Origin: Rhynchobatus australiae
Taxonomy: Eukaryota
Assembly: GCA_034780895.1 (NCBI GenBank)
Contig: JAUZTB010000017.1
Location: 21,623,554-21,687,306, forward strand
DNA: 63,753 nt
Reading direction: 5' to 3'
Below the pieces are notes generated by a model. The model saw only the letters and a list, made by a program, of their open reading frames with translations. It ran no database searches and had not been told where the DNA came from. The first letter of the stretch is position 1, and each line of letters opens with the position of its first letter. Below are positions 39,500-52,500 of this stretch, piece after piece. The translations under genes and the position numbers were made by a program.

Positions 39500-41215
39500 T
39501 CTTATTCCCACACAGAGTAAACTCTGCCAGTGCCGCAGTCACCACCTCTCTCCACTTCCACAACATTTGTTCACTTCTGAATAAGACCCTTGCTACAAAC
39601 AATGTGGCCTTGACCAGATGCTGGCCAGGGGTAACAAATATTTCCTGTGCTGATTAAGCACCTTCAAGCGATCATTTGCCCTGCCCTGTCCATCTTGATT
39701 CATCCCCAAGATCATCCTTTGAGCAGCTCCTCTTGTTCCACCCACCCCGTCTCTCATTTAAAATGTTCTTTTTCTGGCCTCTCTAATATAATAAACATTT
39801 CATCACAATCACATTGATTTTTTTCCTCCTGCACTCACGGCACCAAGAAATTTCTCATCCTCAGTGATTTCAGCCTCGATATAAATTCCTACTCTTCTCC
39901 AAGTTCACTGTGTTCCCAGCCTCCCTTAATCTCTCCATATAAACATTCCCACCCCACAATCTCAGCCAATTGTTGACCTTGCTGTCTCAGATACCATCCA
40001 CTCTCCCACTCAGTCATGATTGCGGCCTGCAAAGATTGCTTCCTGCCCACATTTCCCTTTCCTGTCTCGACCCTCTTTCCAGTATCCACCCCAGAAAAAA
40101 ACTTAGCCAATTCACTAACTGTGGTATTGTCAAAATCCCAACTGTGTAGCCTATGGTCCTCCACTCATCTCAAGATTCTTGCCGCTACTGTTCTCCTTCA
40201 CCACACCTTCACTTCCATTGCTGCTGCCTCTGACATCATTAATACCATTATTTCCTCTCATGATAGCCAGTCCTTACAATGTGGCTTCATTTCCATCCCC
40301 TTATGTCCATGACAATGAAAAATTAAAATAAAAATAAATCTTATGTCTAGTGTCCCCCACTGCAATCATCCCCCAAAATCTATTGGTCTCCTTCAATTCA
40401 CCCCACCCCTACAATGTTATTCAAGAACACACCACCATTGTGCACAAGTATGTTCATTAGCACCAATCTCATCCCCTCCACTTTCTGTAAATTATGACAA
40501 CTTAGCCAATATTCAGTCCAAAATAACAGAAATTTGCTCCCTGAATTGTCTTCACTCCCTGACACAGAATGTTCCCTCACTATCTAGATCTACCCCTTTC
40601 AGGGGCATCTATATGAAGTGAACCCAGGTTATTACAACCGTGATACCGCATCCAACATGGAGACAAGCTACATCAATGACCATCATTTACTTCTGCCTCC
40701 TAACACTGCCTGACTCAGCTCATGCATCAGTTCATCTGCTGTCGAAACTTCCATGTCCAGGTGCTGCTAGACTTGACTATTCCAATGCTTTCCTGGCCAT
40801 CTTCCCTCATTTTACTCTTTGTAAAACCAAAATTGTTCACCCATTACCCCTGTACTTCATGACCCAGTTAAAGAACCCTTGATTTTAAAATGACCATCTT
40901 TTTTTTAACCATGTTCATATTTTTATCATCTCCATCAGTCGTACAGAGGTCAAAGACATCTGCACTCCTCCAACAACAAAAAAACAAAATCACACTACTG
41001 GAATCTCTGGCTTCAAAAAGGAACAACACCAAGCTTTCGAATTCCCTCACTAAAGTTCTGCACCTGTCTACCTCTGCTTTCCTCCTTTACGATACTTATT
41101 AAAACCTCAATGCATTTTTTGTTGATAATGCTCCTGTGCTAACAGTCTATCATATTGTTTTTTTGGACAAGTCTTGGATCACCTTTCAGAAGAAAAGTCT
41201 GCTTATTATAAATGA
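39500..41215 (+). mobile_element. Highly decayed L2-type LINE
   Basis: C-rich strand; ctagacttgactattccaatgct = RLDYSNA motif typical of L2 ORF2; L2-like 3' region near 41040-41210. Boundaries approximate. Confidence 0.55.
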
Positions 41216-41524
41216 CTACGTAATGACTACCTATTCACACAGCAGTGTGCGAAACAGACTGGATGACACGTGTGGACAACGGTCTGGTACTCTTTTGAAC
41301 CTGATTCTAACTAAAGCTGAATGACATTCTGCCTCAATCCATCTCTCTCCCTCTCTGGCAATTGTTGGGAGTCTTTATGGCCTGTTTAATTCCAGTAGCA
41401 TCCAGTACAATGGGATTTTAGTACAAAGTCTTGAGCTTGAAAAGACAGCAAAACAGAATCTGAACTGGACTAGTCCGAATCACAATCTGGCTACAAGAGA
41501 AGGACAGACGCTATGAATCATGTG

Positions 41525-42050
41525 GTGATTAACTCCCCAATGCCTGTCCACTATATACAAGGCTCAGGTCAGCAGTGTGATGGAATACTTAATGAATGAG
41601 TGCAACTTCAACAACACTCAAGAAGCTCAACAGCATAAAAGACATAACAGCCCGCTTGATAGGCACCCTGTCCATTCACTCACTCTACCACCGATGCATA
41701 GTAGCAGCAGTTTGTACCATTCACAGCATGTACTGCAACAACTCACCAAGACTCCTCAGACAGCACCTTCCAAACCCACCAGCTCTACCAGCTGGAAGGT
41801 GAAGGGCAGAAAAAGCAGGGGGACACCACCACCTGGAAGTTGCCCTCTGAGGCACACACCATCCTGACTTGGAAATATATCGCCGTTCCTTCACCGTCAC
41901 CGGGTCAAAATCCTGCAACTCTCTCCCTAGCAGCATTGTGGGCAAGGCAAGGACTGCAGCAGTTCAAGAAGGCAGCTCACTACCACTGTCTCAGGGCAAT
42001 TAAATGCTGGCTCAGCTCTGAAGCCCACATCCCTCACAATGAATGTGAAA
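41525..42050 (+). mobile_element. 3' end of a LINE (same family as 16893-19770)
   Basis: Encodes LSTIYKAQVSSVMEY..TTLKKLNSI..IHSLYHR..VAAVCTI..MYCNNSPRLLRQHLPNP, followed by a 3' UTR. Confidence 0.8.
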
Positions 42051-45000
42051 AAGAGGAAATGTCTTGCCGGTGCTACAGACAGTGCTCAGAGTGACGCTAT
42101 GTATGAATTTATAGACTGAAGTGTTTCACACAATTTGTGTTTTATCTGACCCAAGAGCTTTCATTGCCTGTAAAAGGGGGAAATTCCACACTTGCCCTTG
42201 TTTGTTTATATTGCCACTATTTATTTTCATTAAGACATTTAGATCCGATACTATACACAAACTTGAAAGCTTGCTTACAGAGGGCCCTTGCCAACATAAT
42301 TATTTAATTGATGTGTACTACCAACTATAAAATGAATAAAAGTTTAAGGGGAACTCCATTTATTTTTATCCAAAGTCACCAGGTCTGATTGCTTTCCAGA
42401 ATGCCGACCTTACAATGCAGAAATGAGGCAGAAAAATACAAAAAACTTTACAAACTTATGACACAGCTAAGTTTTATGGAAGGAGGATGAAAGAAAGAGG
42501 AAAAACAAAAGCACAGAAGTGGCTTATAATGGGTGATTTTACACAATACATTGGTTTCTCTTTTACTGCCAAAGTTAAATGCTTCAGAATCTCAAAGCCA
42601 GATTGTTAGAGTAATTAGAAATGTAAAGTGACCCAACATCAGCCGCTTCATGCGCCTGACCTAATTTGTGCAGCTTTGTGTTGCACTCCCTACAGAGAAA
42701 CATTAGGACAATGTCGGAAGGATCCTGGACTTTTGACTTTTAGGTCAGTGCTCTCTACCACAAGTTGTTATGGCAAATTGCAACATTCTCTACGCAAAAG
42801 TGACACATTCCAGTGTATCAAAAATGCACAGCAGAAGGGATGGGTCAGCTATAACCATCAAAATGATGCATTTTAAAATAGCATGGTGATTTTATTTCCT
42901 CCCAAAATGGATCATGTTCTGTGTTGTCCTTAGCAAAGGTAGCCACTTTAGTGTAATTGCTGGAAGCTCCTGCAACTACAAGGGCTAAGCTAAACCCACA
43001 CTTCAGCAACAAGTCACATAAGCAATCCACTGTCAATAACAAAAGCAGCCAAATAATCACACGAGGCTACATCACAATGGCCAATTTTATACTTCTAAAT
43101 GGCTTCCACAAAAAGCACGCCCGGCTACTGATTTCTGTCTGAACGTTCATGATTATAATACCCCTTTTCCTACATCAAACATGGGTTTCTACACATGCCT
43201 GTATGAGTAGGCTGCAGCATGAAGTATTACTCACTGGAGACCATTTCCACGAACTGATAAAGTTATGTTTTTTTTAAAAAAACTGATGTCACAACAGCAA
43301 CTTATACTCTACTTAGAACTACACTCTGATAATGGTGGGGTGGCAGCCTGAACAAGTGTGGTATTGAATCATTCTCCCGTGTCTCCAATCTGCCCAACAT
43401 TGTTCCAAACTGTGACAAGCTGTTCAGCTGCATCTGAAACTCCACAATAGCCACGCATTAAGTTGCTTTTATATTTTGCAGTAAGCCTACTCATTTAAGT
43501 TTTAAGGTCTCAAAACTATTTTGCTGAAAGCTCTGCAAGAAAGGAATGTTCAAATGCACCAAAAACACGATAACTTTATTTAGCTAGACTTGCAGTTTGC
43601 CACNNNNNNNNNNATTTGGGACGAGATCATTATTTATAAGAATCAAAAATTTGTTTTAAATTCTATCCACTTGAATTGAGAAAAATATTGAATGATCAAA
43701 TAATTAGTGACTTTATTGCCAACTTTGTACTGGACACCAGCATCTATGAGCTAGCCTTAAGCATTTATTCTGCTACAACTAATTCCTTTACTCTGGTTGC
43801 TGAGAAATCAAACAGATTCAACATATTAACAGCTGGCTCATGAATGCTGCTCTCCAATAACTTGAACTAAAGGGAACAAAAAGATCTAAAACACAGGTGA
43901 CAGAAGATCCATTACCAGTGTGGATAGTCATAGGAATAATTTGAGTGGCTGGATTAAGGGCACCACAGAAAAAGGGTATTATAATTTACTGGTCTTTCCT
44001 ATAGGTTTATTGACAACTAGTAAATGGCCCCAGTGACAATTCTGAAACATCAATCTTTTTTCCCCGCTGATACTGACTAATTTGCTCTGCTTCTCACATT
44101 TTGTGTTTTTAATGAAGATTTTCAAGTATATTTGCTATCTTTCACCTTTCAATACACAACTTCGAAAACAGTCAAAATGTCACCATTGTCCAGATTCTTC
44201 CACCCCAGAGGAGGTTATAATTTTCTACAGCTCAAAGGGGGTGGTGAAAATCGCCAGACCACCCTCTGTCAATTTCCACAGCTCCTTGTACAATTCAAAC
44301 CTCTTTTGAAAATCAATTGCTGTAAATTAGTTCTGCACCAGTTTTGAAGATCAGAACTTTGATCATTTTTTTCTGTTCCACACAAAATATACAAGAGTAT
44401 GCTTCAATCTGCCAAATCCAATAAATTACTGTAAGCATTAATCTTTTAGTGTAAAGAAAAATGGAATTCATTTCTAAAATGACATCGTGTTAATATTTGT
44501 TTAAATTCAGAACTTTTGCCACTTCATTTCAAATGGAGCAGAAGCAATAAAGCATCTCCTGAAGTTTGCACAAACATTATTGGAGGATTTAAATGTACCA
44601 TTAGACAGTCGTTCAAAACAGTGTATGAAAATATAGGAATGTTGGTAGAGGTTGGGACTGGAATTCAGACTGACAAACATACACTTTCCAACATGGTAAA
44701 CTATCAGTTGCAAGATCCCTGGTTTTATTTCCCCAAAGCTCCCTCGCTGAGGGATACTGAAGCTAATTAAGGAGCCCCTGTGGTTGAAGCTGGCTAATTT
44801 AGTGCAGACGAGGAATCAACATGGGTCTATATTGGTTAATGCCACATTGTTAAGGTTCAAAACCCAAGTCTAGATTTGGTTAAATTGTTAAGGAAGTAAA
44901 CAGAAAATCCCACATTTCTTCAATAAATTATTTGTGCACAACACATTGGAGGATGAATATCCTCAGTCTGACTATTTAAGGAATCTTTTCATAGATATTC

Positions 45001-46629
45001 TTCACTGGAGAATCAAGTGACCCAAACCTTGTACAAGTTTACAAGCTTCCTTTTTGAATAAATCGGAAACAGCACTGCCTTCCAGTTGCACTAGTATCTG
45101 ATACTGAAGCTCCAAGGAATCTAGAACAACATAATAATCAGCCTGGTTTATATGTAGTTCCCAGCAAAGTAAACTCTAGAAACATGAAGAGAATGCAAAT
45201 ACAAAAGGATTAAAAAGCAATTAACACCACAGAGTATATAAACATTCTGTTTACATTGGCACAAGTTCACTTGCAGTAAAGTTAAATTGCTCCAATACCA
45301 GCAGATTCTTTGGACTATGCTGTAAAAATGGTTGGACACTAATAATCGAATTGATTTATATTTGAAAATCATCTCAGGTTTAAGACAAGACATCCCAAGT
45401 GAAAGGGACTTTTGACACACAGCCATTTTAACATCTCCAAACTTTTTCAATGTTGCAGTTCAAAGGCAGGAATACTTGCACTAACTTTGCCATAATGTGA
45501 CGTAAACTGTGCATCACTGTGGCATGACGCAGTTTCATTTGACCTCTGCACAATGTTCCAAAACAAGAACATTACACAAAAAATTGGGCACTGCAGAGGC
45601 AGGTGGAGGTTCATTATCGTGGGAAGTAGCACACCAACGCCAAGAAATTCATTAATGTCATTTTACTGATACTAAAACAGAGTTAACAACTTCCCCTAAT
45701 GCAGTTTCAAAAAGCTGCTAGAGAAAGTTATAACATTCATTAAATACCAGTTTCAAAACTGTGCCAACAGGTTCTCTCAGATGTGACACTACTCTGCTTC
45801 AACAACAGTGGTCATTATTGTTGAATTTCCTCCATTAGTAGCACCCTTCCTCACATATCTAACCTCAGGAAGTAGCTTTTAAAGGGTCACCGCACAACAC
45901 AGCCAGATTTCCAGATTTAGAACAATACAAAAAATTGTTGGCAATTAGTGAGGGTGGGCAACAATGATGGGAGAAACTGCAAAGTCCTTCCAAGGGGTGC
46001 AAGAGTTTTGAAGAGCACTAAGCATAGGAGGCAGCCTCCATGTGTAAAGGGCATTCATTGAAGGAAGCTGTCTGGGAGGTGTCTCTGGGGTCATGAGCCC
46101 CCTCTACCAATGCCTGACTTTTGCCAGCCCTGCTCTGCAGTGAGATGCCACTTCCAGACCTGACTGCAAAAGCCACACTCCTCATATATAGAAGATTCCT
46201 CAAGCTACCTGTCAAGGTTTTCTTGACTTCTGCCCCATAGCAGATAAAAGCAAAATGTTCTTTGCAGCATTCATCAGTCACATAGACACCNNNNNNNNNN
46301 NNNNNNNNNNNNNNNNNNNNNNNNNNNNNNNNNNNTCTGCTGCTTTACGGAAGTCAAGAGAAGATGTACCAGTAAAGTTAGGTTTGATGAATGTGACTTT
46401 TCCAACCACACATGGAAGGGGAATTGGCTGCAGTACAAGGCTGCTGATGGTGCAGGCACTCAGGCAGTTACCAACAACTCTGAGGCAACAAATGCCTTTT
46501 TCCATTTTTATTATTTTTCTTCTGACAAATACCAGCTGTTTCTCTTTTTGCTGGATTTCTTCTGGCATTTCTGGACATTTACTGTTGAGAGAGAACTCTT
46601 TGAAAGAAGCTGGTGGCTTAGTGACCAGG

Positions 46630-46940
46630 ATCCTAGTCTGCTGGTAGAGCAGCTGCCCCATAGCACCAGAGATGCAGGTTCATTCCTGACCTCAGTGTTA
46701 TCTCTGTGGAGGTTACACATTCTACTCGTGACTGCATGGGTTTCGTCTAGGTGCTTAGGTTTCTTCCCCCCTCTCAAAAGACATGTGGGTTGGTAGATTA
46801 ATTGAACACTGTAAACTGCCCCAATATGCAGGCAAGTTGTAGAATCTGTGGGGAGTTGGGGAGAACGTGGGGAGAATAAAATGGGTGCTTGATGGTTGGC
46901 AGAGAAGCGATCGGCTGAAGGATCCACTTTCCTGTGGTTT
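46630..46940 (+). mobile_element. HE1-like V-SINE
   Basis: ggtagagcagctgcc..caggttcattcctgacctc..gcatgggtttcgtctaggtgc..cactgtaaactgcccc, homologous to 35735-36090. Confidence 0.75.
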
Positions 46941-48339
46941 GTCTCTAAGAGATGTAGAGTTGCATGTCAACAACTGCTGGAAAGATCTGCCTGATCATTC
47001 AGGTGAGACTCAGTTTAAGCATTCAGCATTATTAAAAGCAGTAAGAGAATAACGCCAGCTATGGTTTGGGCCAACATGTATGAAAATCTCGCCAGAAACT
47101 AACTTTTTTTNNNNNNNNNNACTATATCAGTTCAATTGTTGATAACATTCAAGCAAGGTGGTCACCATAAACTGTCATAGGGCCTACAGAATTCTTGTAA
47201 AAAGAAGTCCATACCCCATTAAGGGCTGATGTTAACTCAGAAACATGCACACAATTGGGTCATGGCTATTAATGCAAATTATGCACTGATGAATTTCTAC
47301 ATCCAGATTTCTTTCATATTTTGATACAGTCATATGGAACATACCTCTTGCAATACTCCTCACCTCATGCAGCACAAATGTTTTCATTCAGACAGGCATT
47401 TTGATGCAAGAGCCCCATAGTTAAATGTGAGGTGCTAATCTCCCTTTTAGCTATCTACATGCACAGTAAATACATGAACAGGATTACATTCTTGCTCTCC
47501 ATATGCTACCATACTGCAGGTTTAACTGGAATTTTTTTTTACAAACTTTGTAAATTTGATTCAGCTTAACCTCGATGACAATTGTAAACTGAAGATCTTA
47601 AATATACCCTGCAGGAACAATTTTGCACATGATGCACAGCATATCTCAAACACACAACAAAGATTTGGCTTTTAAGTGTGAAATGTCAGTATGCAAAATA
47701 TCTAAGCTTTTCGTTCAAGGGTTTGAGATTCAGCTAGGACTGGAAACGATTCTCTGGTTACAGTACAAAGGCAGGAATGAGAAAATTCTCCTTGTGACCT
47801 TCAGTATAATTAAAAATGTGAAGCAAAAGCACTCATATGACTCAGATCACATTCAACCATAATATGCTGAGAACATATGCTGCAAAACATAGATATGTGT
47901 ACCGTTGAAACAAAAATACACCTGAAACATGGTTGCTGCTTTCCCAAAGTACATCTTGGATGCTGCTGTAGATATTTTCATGTTACAGTGACTGCATTGT
48001 GCATTATCAAAATGAGGAGCTCTGCAGTGGCTCTGAAAACCACAATTTCATTGACTGCCTTTGAGTACACATACCTACAATTACATAAGCCTTGATTAGG
48101 GCCATTATTAGAAACAAGGGATTTAGCAGAAATCATTGCACAGTTTCCTGAGTACTGCTCTACCTGGTACTCCACGTCAAAACACAAACGGCTGACAAGA
48201 TGAGGCAGTTTCCCTCATTGTGTGAGGATTAAATTTCAAGCCCAACACCATCAAATAGATGTACTTAATAGCAATAAAGTAAATTGCCTGAGTTGAAACT
48301 TTCACCGATACTTTCACCGAAGCAGATAATTATAAAACG

Positions 48340-48990
48340 CAGAACAACAAATTGCAGACACTGGAAATTTGAAAACTCCCTAGAAAGTGTTGGTAAAACT
48401 CAGCAAGCCACATCTGTAAAGAGAAACACTTTCCAGGAACCACCATCAGAATTGGTAAAAGCGAGAAAACAAGCCCATTTTGAACAGCAAAAGAGGGCAA
48501 GGGTGGAGAGAAGAGGGATTGTCTGTGATCAGACAAAAGTTATCAACCTGATAATTACTTAAACAAAAAGCAGTTGGAGACAGAAGAGAAAGAAACACAT
48601 TGGAACTGAAAGATATAAGAGAAAAAAAAAGGTAGTTATTGAAACTGTTAAATTCAATATTGTCCCAAAGGCTGCAAGACAGAAGATAAGATTATGTTCT
48701 TTGATATTACTTTGGGCATTTTTGGGACAATGTAAGAGGCTGAAGACAGAAGGTTAGACTGGGAATGAAATGGAAAATTAAAGTATCCGGTGACAAGTAG
48801 CTCAGAGTTGACCTGACAGAACACCGCCGTTCAGTCCGCAAAGTGGTCACCCATTCTGTCTTTGGTTTGTCCAATGTGGAGGAGACTACATTATGAGTAC
48901 TGAATGAAACATTCTAAATTGTAAGAAGTGCAAGTGAATCACTGCTGAGCCCACGGATGGTGGGAAGTGAAGAGATAAAAGGGCAGGCTT
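48340..48990 (+). repeat. Same interspersed repeat family, longest fragment
   Basis: ttgcagacactggaaatttgaaa...aactcagcaag..catctgtaaagagaaac followed by a purine-rich body. Confidence 0.55.
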
Positions 48991-49239
48991 CACATCAAGG
49001 CAGAATGAAAACAGGGTGGCAGAGATGTAGCTGAGATAGCTTTGGGAATCCATAGCCTTAAAATTGATATTGGTTGCTGACTAATCTCCTGGGATTATAA
49101 AGCTATTTTGTCATTTCTTCGTATCAGAGTGAAAATAGACTGTTAGGAAAACTGCTCCAAATCCAAGTCTACCTATCGGTCTGGCTATCATTTTGATGTT
49201 CCTACATTAGTTTTTCTTTAAACAAAAAATTCCTAGGTG

Positions 49240-49560
49240 GTGGGCATGACTGGCATTTATTGTCCATCCTTCATTTTGCTTGAATCGAGTGGTTTGCCAG
49301 TCATTTCAGAGGGCAGTAAGGAGCAAACTATATTGCAATGGATTTCACTTTGAAGCCAGGCAGCCTAAGGACAACATACTTCCTTCATTAAAGGAGGTTC
49401 ATGAACCAGATGGGTTTTATGGAAAGTTGGTCATTTAATGGTTAACATTACTGATGCTAGCTTTATATTTTCAATTTATTTAATTAACAAGAGATTTTAA
49501 CTTCATGTCTTCAAGTTATTAGCCCAGAGCTCTGAATTACTAATCCGGGAGCATAGCTTT
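49240..49560 (-). mobile_element. Degenerate SINE, family B
   Basis: ggcatttattgtccatcc...catttcagagggcag...tgaaccagatgggtttt...tactaatcc; homologous to 200-480. Confidence 0.55.
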
Positions 49561-52500
49561 CAATTTATTGTATGTTGAAATACAACCAACTGCAACATCA
49601 CATCATCATAATTGCTCCGAAGTGGGTTCTGCCCCACAAAAGGATTACAAAAGTCTGCAGAAAAGACGTGGGTTTTAAAGTGAGATTCGAGCTTAATGTT
49701 TTCAAAAGTAAATTTACCTTTACTCATCCAAAAATGACAATGACTTTTTTTTAAACAAAAGGAATTACCTACCTTTCAATTTAACATAACAGACCATTAA
49801 TACTTTTAGACCAACTAGATCAATTTTTCTGTCATAGAAACAGGTCACTCCAAAAGGAACTGGCAAGAATTCAAAGCCATCTGTGATGATTCTTTCCATC
49901 TATATTTTGTGCAAAATAAAAATCAATTTTTTGGATTAGTTTCCTTTAAAAGACAGAGAATCCAAGTACAAGAGCATTGTACACTACTGCCAACAACTCA
50001 GCCGTGTCACTGGGCAGGCAGAATAGCTGGGTAAAAGGCTCCTCAAGTGTTTATCATGTTCTGTGACTGTCAAGTGAAGAGGTGTCTAAAGGCTGAGTAA
50101 TGGGACAGATTTATCTTTTGCAACAAGCACTCCCTGGCTGTTTACATCCCAAGGACACAGGGCAAGATGTTTTTGGTCTGTAGTGGAAAATGCAGGCCTG
50201 CTTTCAGATTACCAAAGTTAAAAGGAAAGAAAATCAGTGGGTTATATGATGGTCTACCGATTCTTGTTTCTTATTTTGCGCTACACTTAAAGACTGATTT
50301 CTCCACCGACATCACATCCAAATAAAAATAATTCAATTTCAGCAGTGTTCTACATTGAGTGTAAAAGATTGGCACTCTAAACTCAGCACTTTTTTTTTTG
50401 GAAAAAGTCCAGTCCTTCAAATACAGGTCAGTACAAACATCAAATGAGTCTGTAAGCAGGTCCAGAGCAAGCATGGACCAATAGCTGCCTGAAGTTTTAA
50501 GGTGGAAGCTGCAGAATTCATACTCTTCCCAGCTGCCGATTAAGATGAGAAAGAAAATGAACCCACTGGTTTCTTGCACCAACTACTCCAGTCTTTGTAT
50601 GAGCAGCCATTGTAAAGTCCAGCTTTAATGCTTCTTCTGAAAACAGGTGCAAGACAATATTGGATTGTGCTCATTTTATGCCCAAGTAATAACTGCTCCT
50701 ATCCATTCAGCTAATGCTTAGTTATATACACAAATTCAGCACAGGCTGCTGCACTGCTTCAAAGTGATGTTGTCCTTGTTCTACATCTGTAAGACAAGTC
50801 CATTAATATTGAACTTAAGCCCAATATTTTTACCTCAATAAAAAAAAATCATTACCTTATCACTCCAGCATCATATTCCACCCATGCAATGGAGTATGGC
50901 TGGAGTCAGAACATTGCAGTTTACAGACAAGAGAATATAGCTGTAAGCTACAGCGCAAAGAGCTGACAAAGTGAACTCTTCCCCCTCCAGCCTGGATCAA
51001 ATTAAAACCTCGTGTCCAGAGGATTTACAAAAATATTAATAACCGCTGAATAAAAGCAACAAAGTACTTCCAAACAAAACAGCTACTATCGATAAACTCA
51101 ACACACTGCAATCTGTTGTCAGCTACATTTAGTGTTTTACCAGCCAGTTGAGAGAATGATGGCAGATGTGCTCTCTTTTTTATTTAGTTGGGCAATCAGG
51201 GAGCTTGTCAACAAATGCTGCAAACTCATTCAGAATGAGTAACAGAAAATGGCTGCCTATGTCACTAAGCTGCTTGCCTAATTCTATCTGCCAGTCATTC
51301 ATTGTCAGGACATTCTTGCCCTTGCCAGATGCTGAAAAACAGCATAAGCAATTTCCGTTTATACATTCACTACTTCAGCCTGATGTAAAACCTGCTCTAA
51401 AATCATTGATATAAATGAATAAAGGCAGATGAACATTTACTGTGTGCAGTGTATTCAAAGTGTTCCAAGAGGAAATCATAATCAAATTGATTTGAATAGG
51501 ATCAAAAGGATGCTGAAATAATAAAGACAGGATTGTTTCCTTCAGTGGCATCTTATTGTAACTCATTTACTCCACAAGATGCACACAATCTGTGTTTTAA
51601 TGCAACAGCTTGAACAAGCCACAGAAGTATTATTCCATCACTGTTCGAATATAGTTACTAAAGCTAGATGGAGCAAGTTTAGCAAGTGCTGGCTGTATAC
51701 CAGCAGCTCATCCAAGTCGTCATTTTTCACGCTTAGAGAGAGAAAGTTGGCAGAATATGCTGGGCCGAGGTTCCCACTAGCCTGCAGGCTCCAAAACCAC
51801 TCACAGTATTCCCCATACCATCTCAGCAGGCATTGACTTATTTGTGAGACTACAGTGAGCAGGCGGCAAGAACAACAGGTGAGACCAGCTTACTCAGTAT
51901 AGGCCTGGGAAAGAACTCAACCCTTTCCTGCTGATTGTGGGGCTCAGTACCAACCCCAGTGAGATCAGATGGCAGTGAAGGAGAGAGGGGTGCCGAGGAC
52001 AGTGAATAATAAGACTCATTTCAAACAGAGATTCAGATAAAGAAATCTTTACCTTAACAGCAATAAATCCTGTGCACAGGAGCAAAAGTAAACAAATAAC
52101 ATTGGTGGATTGTTACAAGATGTACAAAATAATTCCCAACAGCAACATTTGAAGATCAAGAGAAATGTGAAATAACGTGAAGTGTCACTCGGGACAATAT
52201 TGGAATTCAATAAAAGGCATTACTTAATAGTATAGTGCTTACAAAGAAGATAAAGCTAAAAAAATAACAAATATAGCAAATTTGTCATAGCTGAGCAGTA
52301 TGACCCTGGTAACACAGTACACTGAGATGTTTACCCACTGTATTGGCCATCATTTTGATTTTATACTATGCAGTTAGCACAACTTTAACCTTGTCTCCAG
52401 CTGGAACTGTAGGAAGGACAATGATCTAGGGAAGGAAAGGGCCTCACAAGATGCTTACAAATTTAGAACTCAGTTCCTCCTAGGAGAAAATAAATTATTT

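Noticed and set aside
49762-49905. Possible UTR exon ending AAG|GTAGGT at ~49772
   Set aside because: Acceptor lacks a pyrimidine tract and nothing else supports it.
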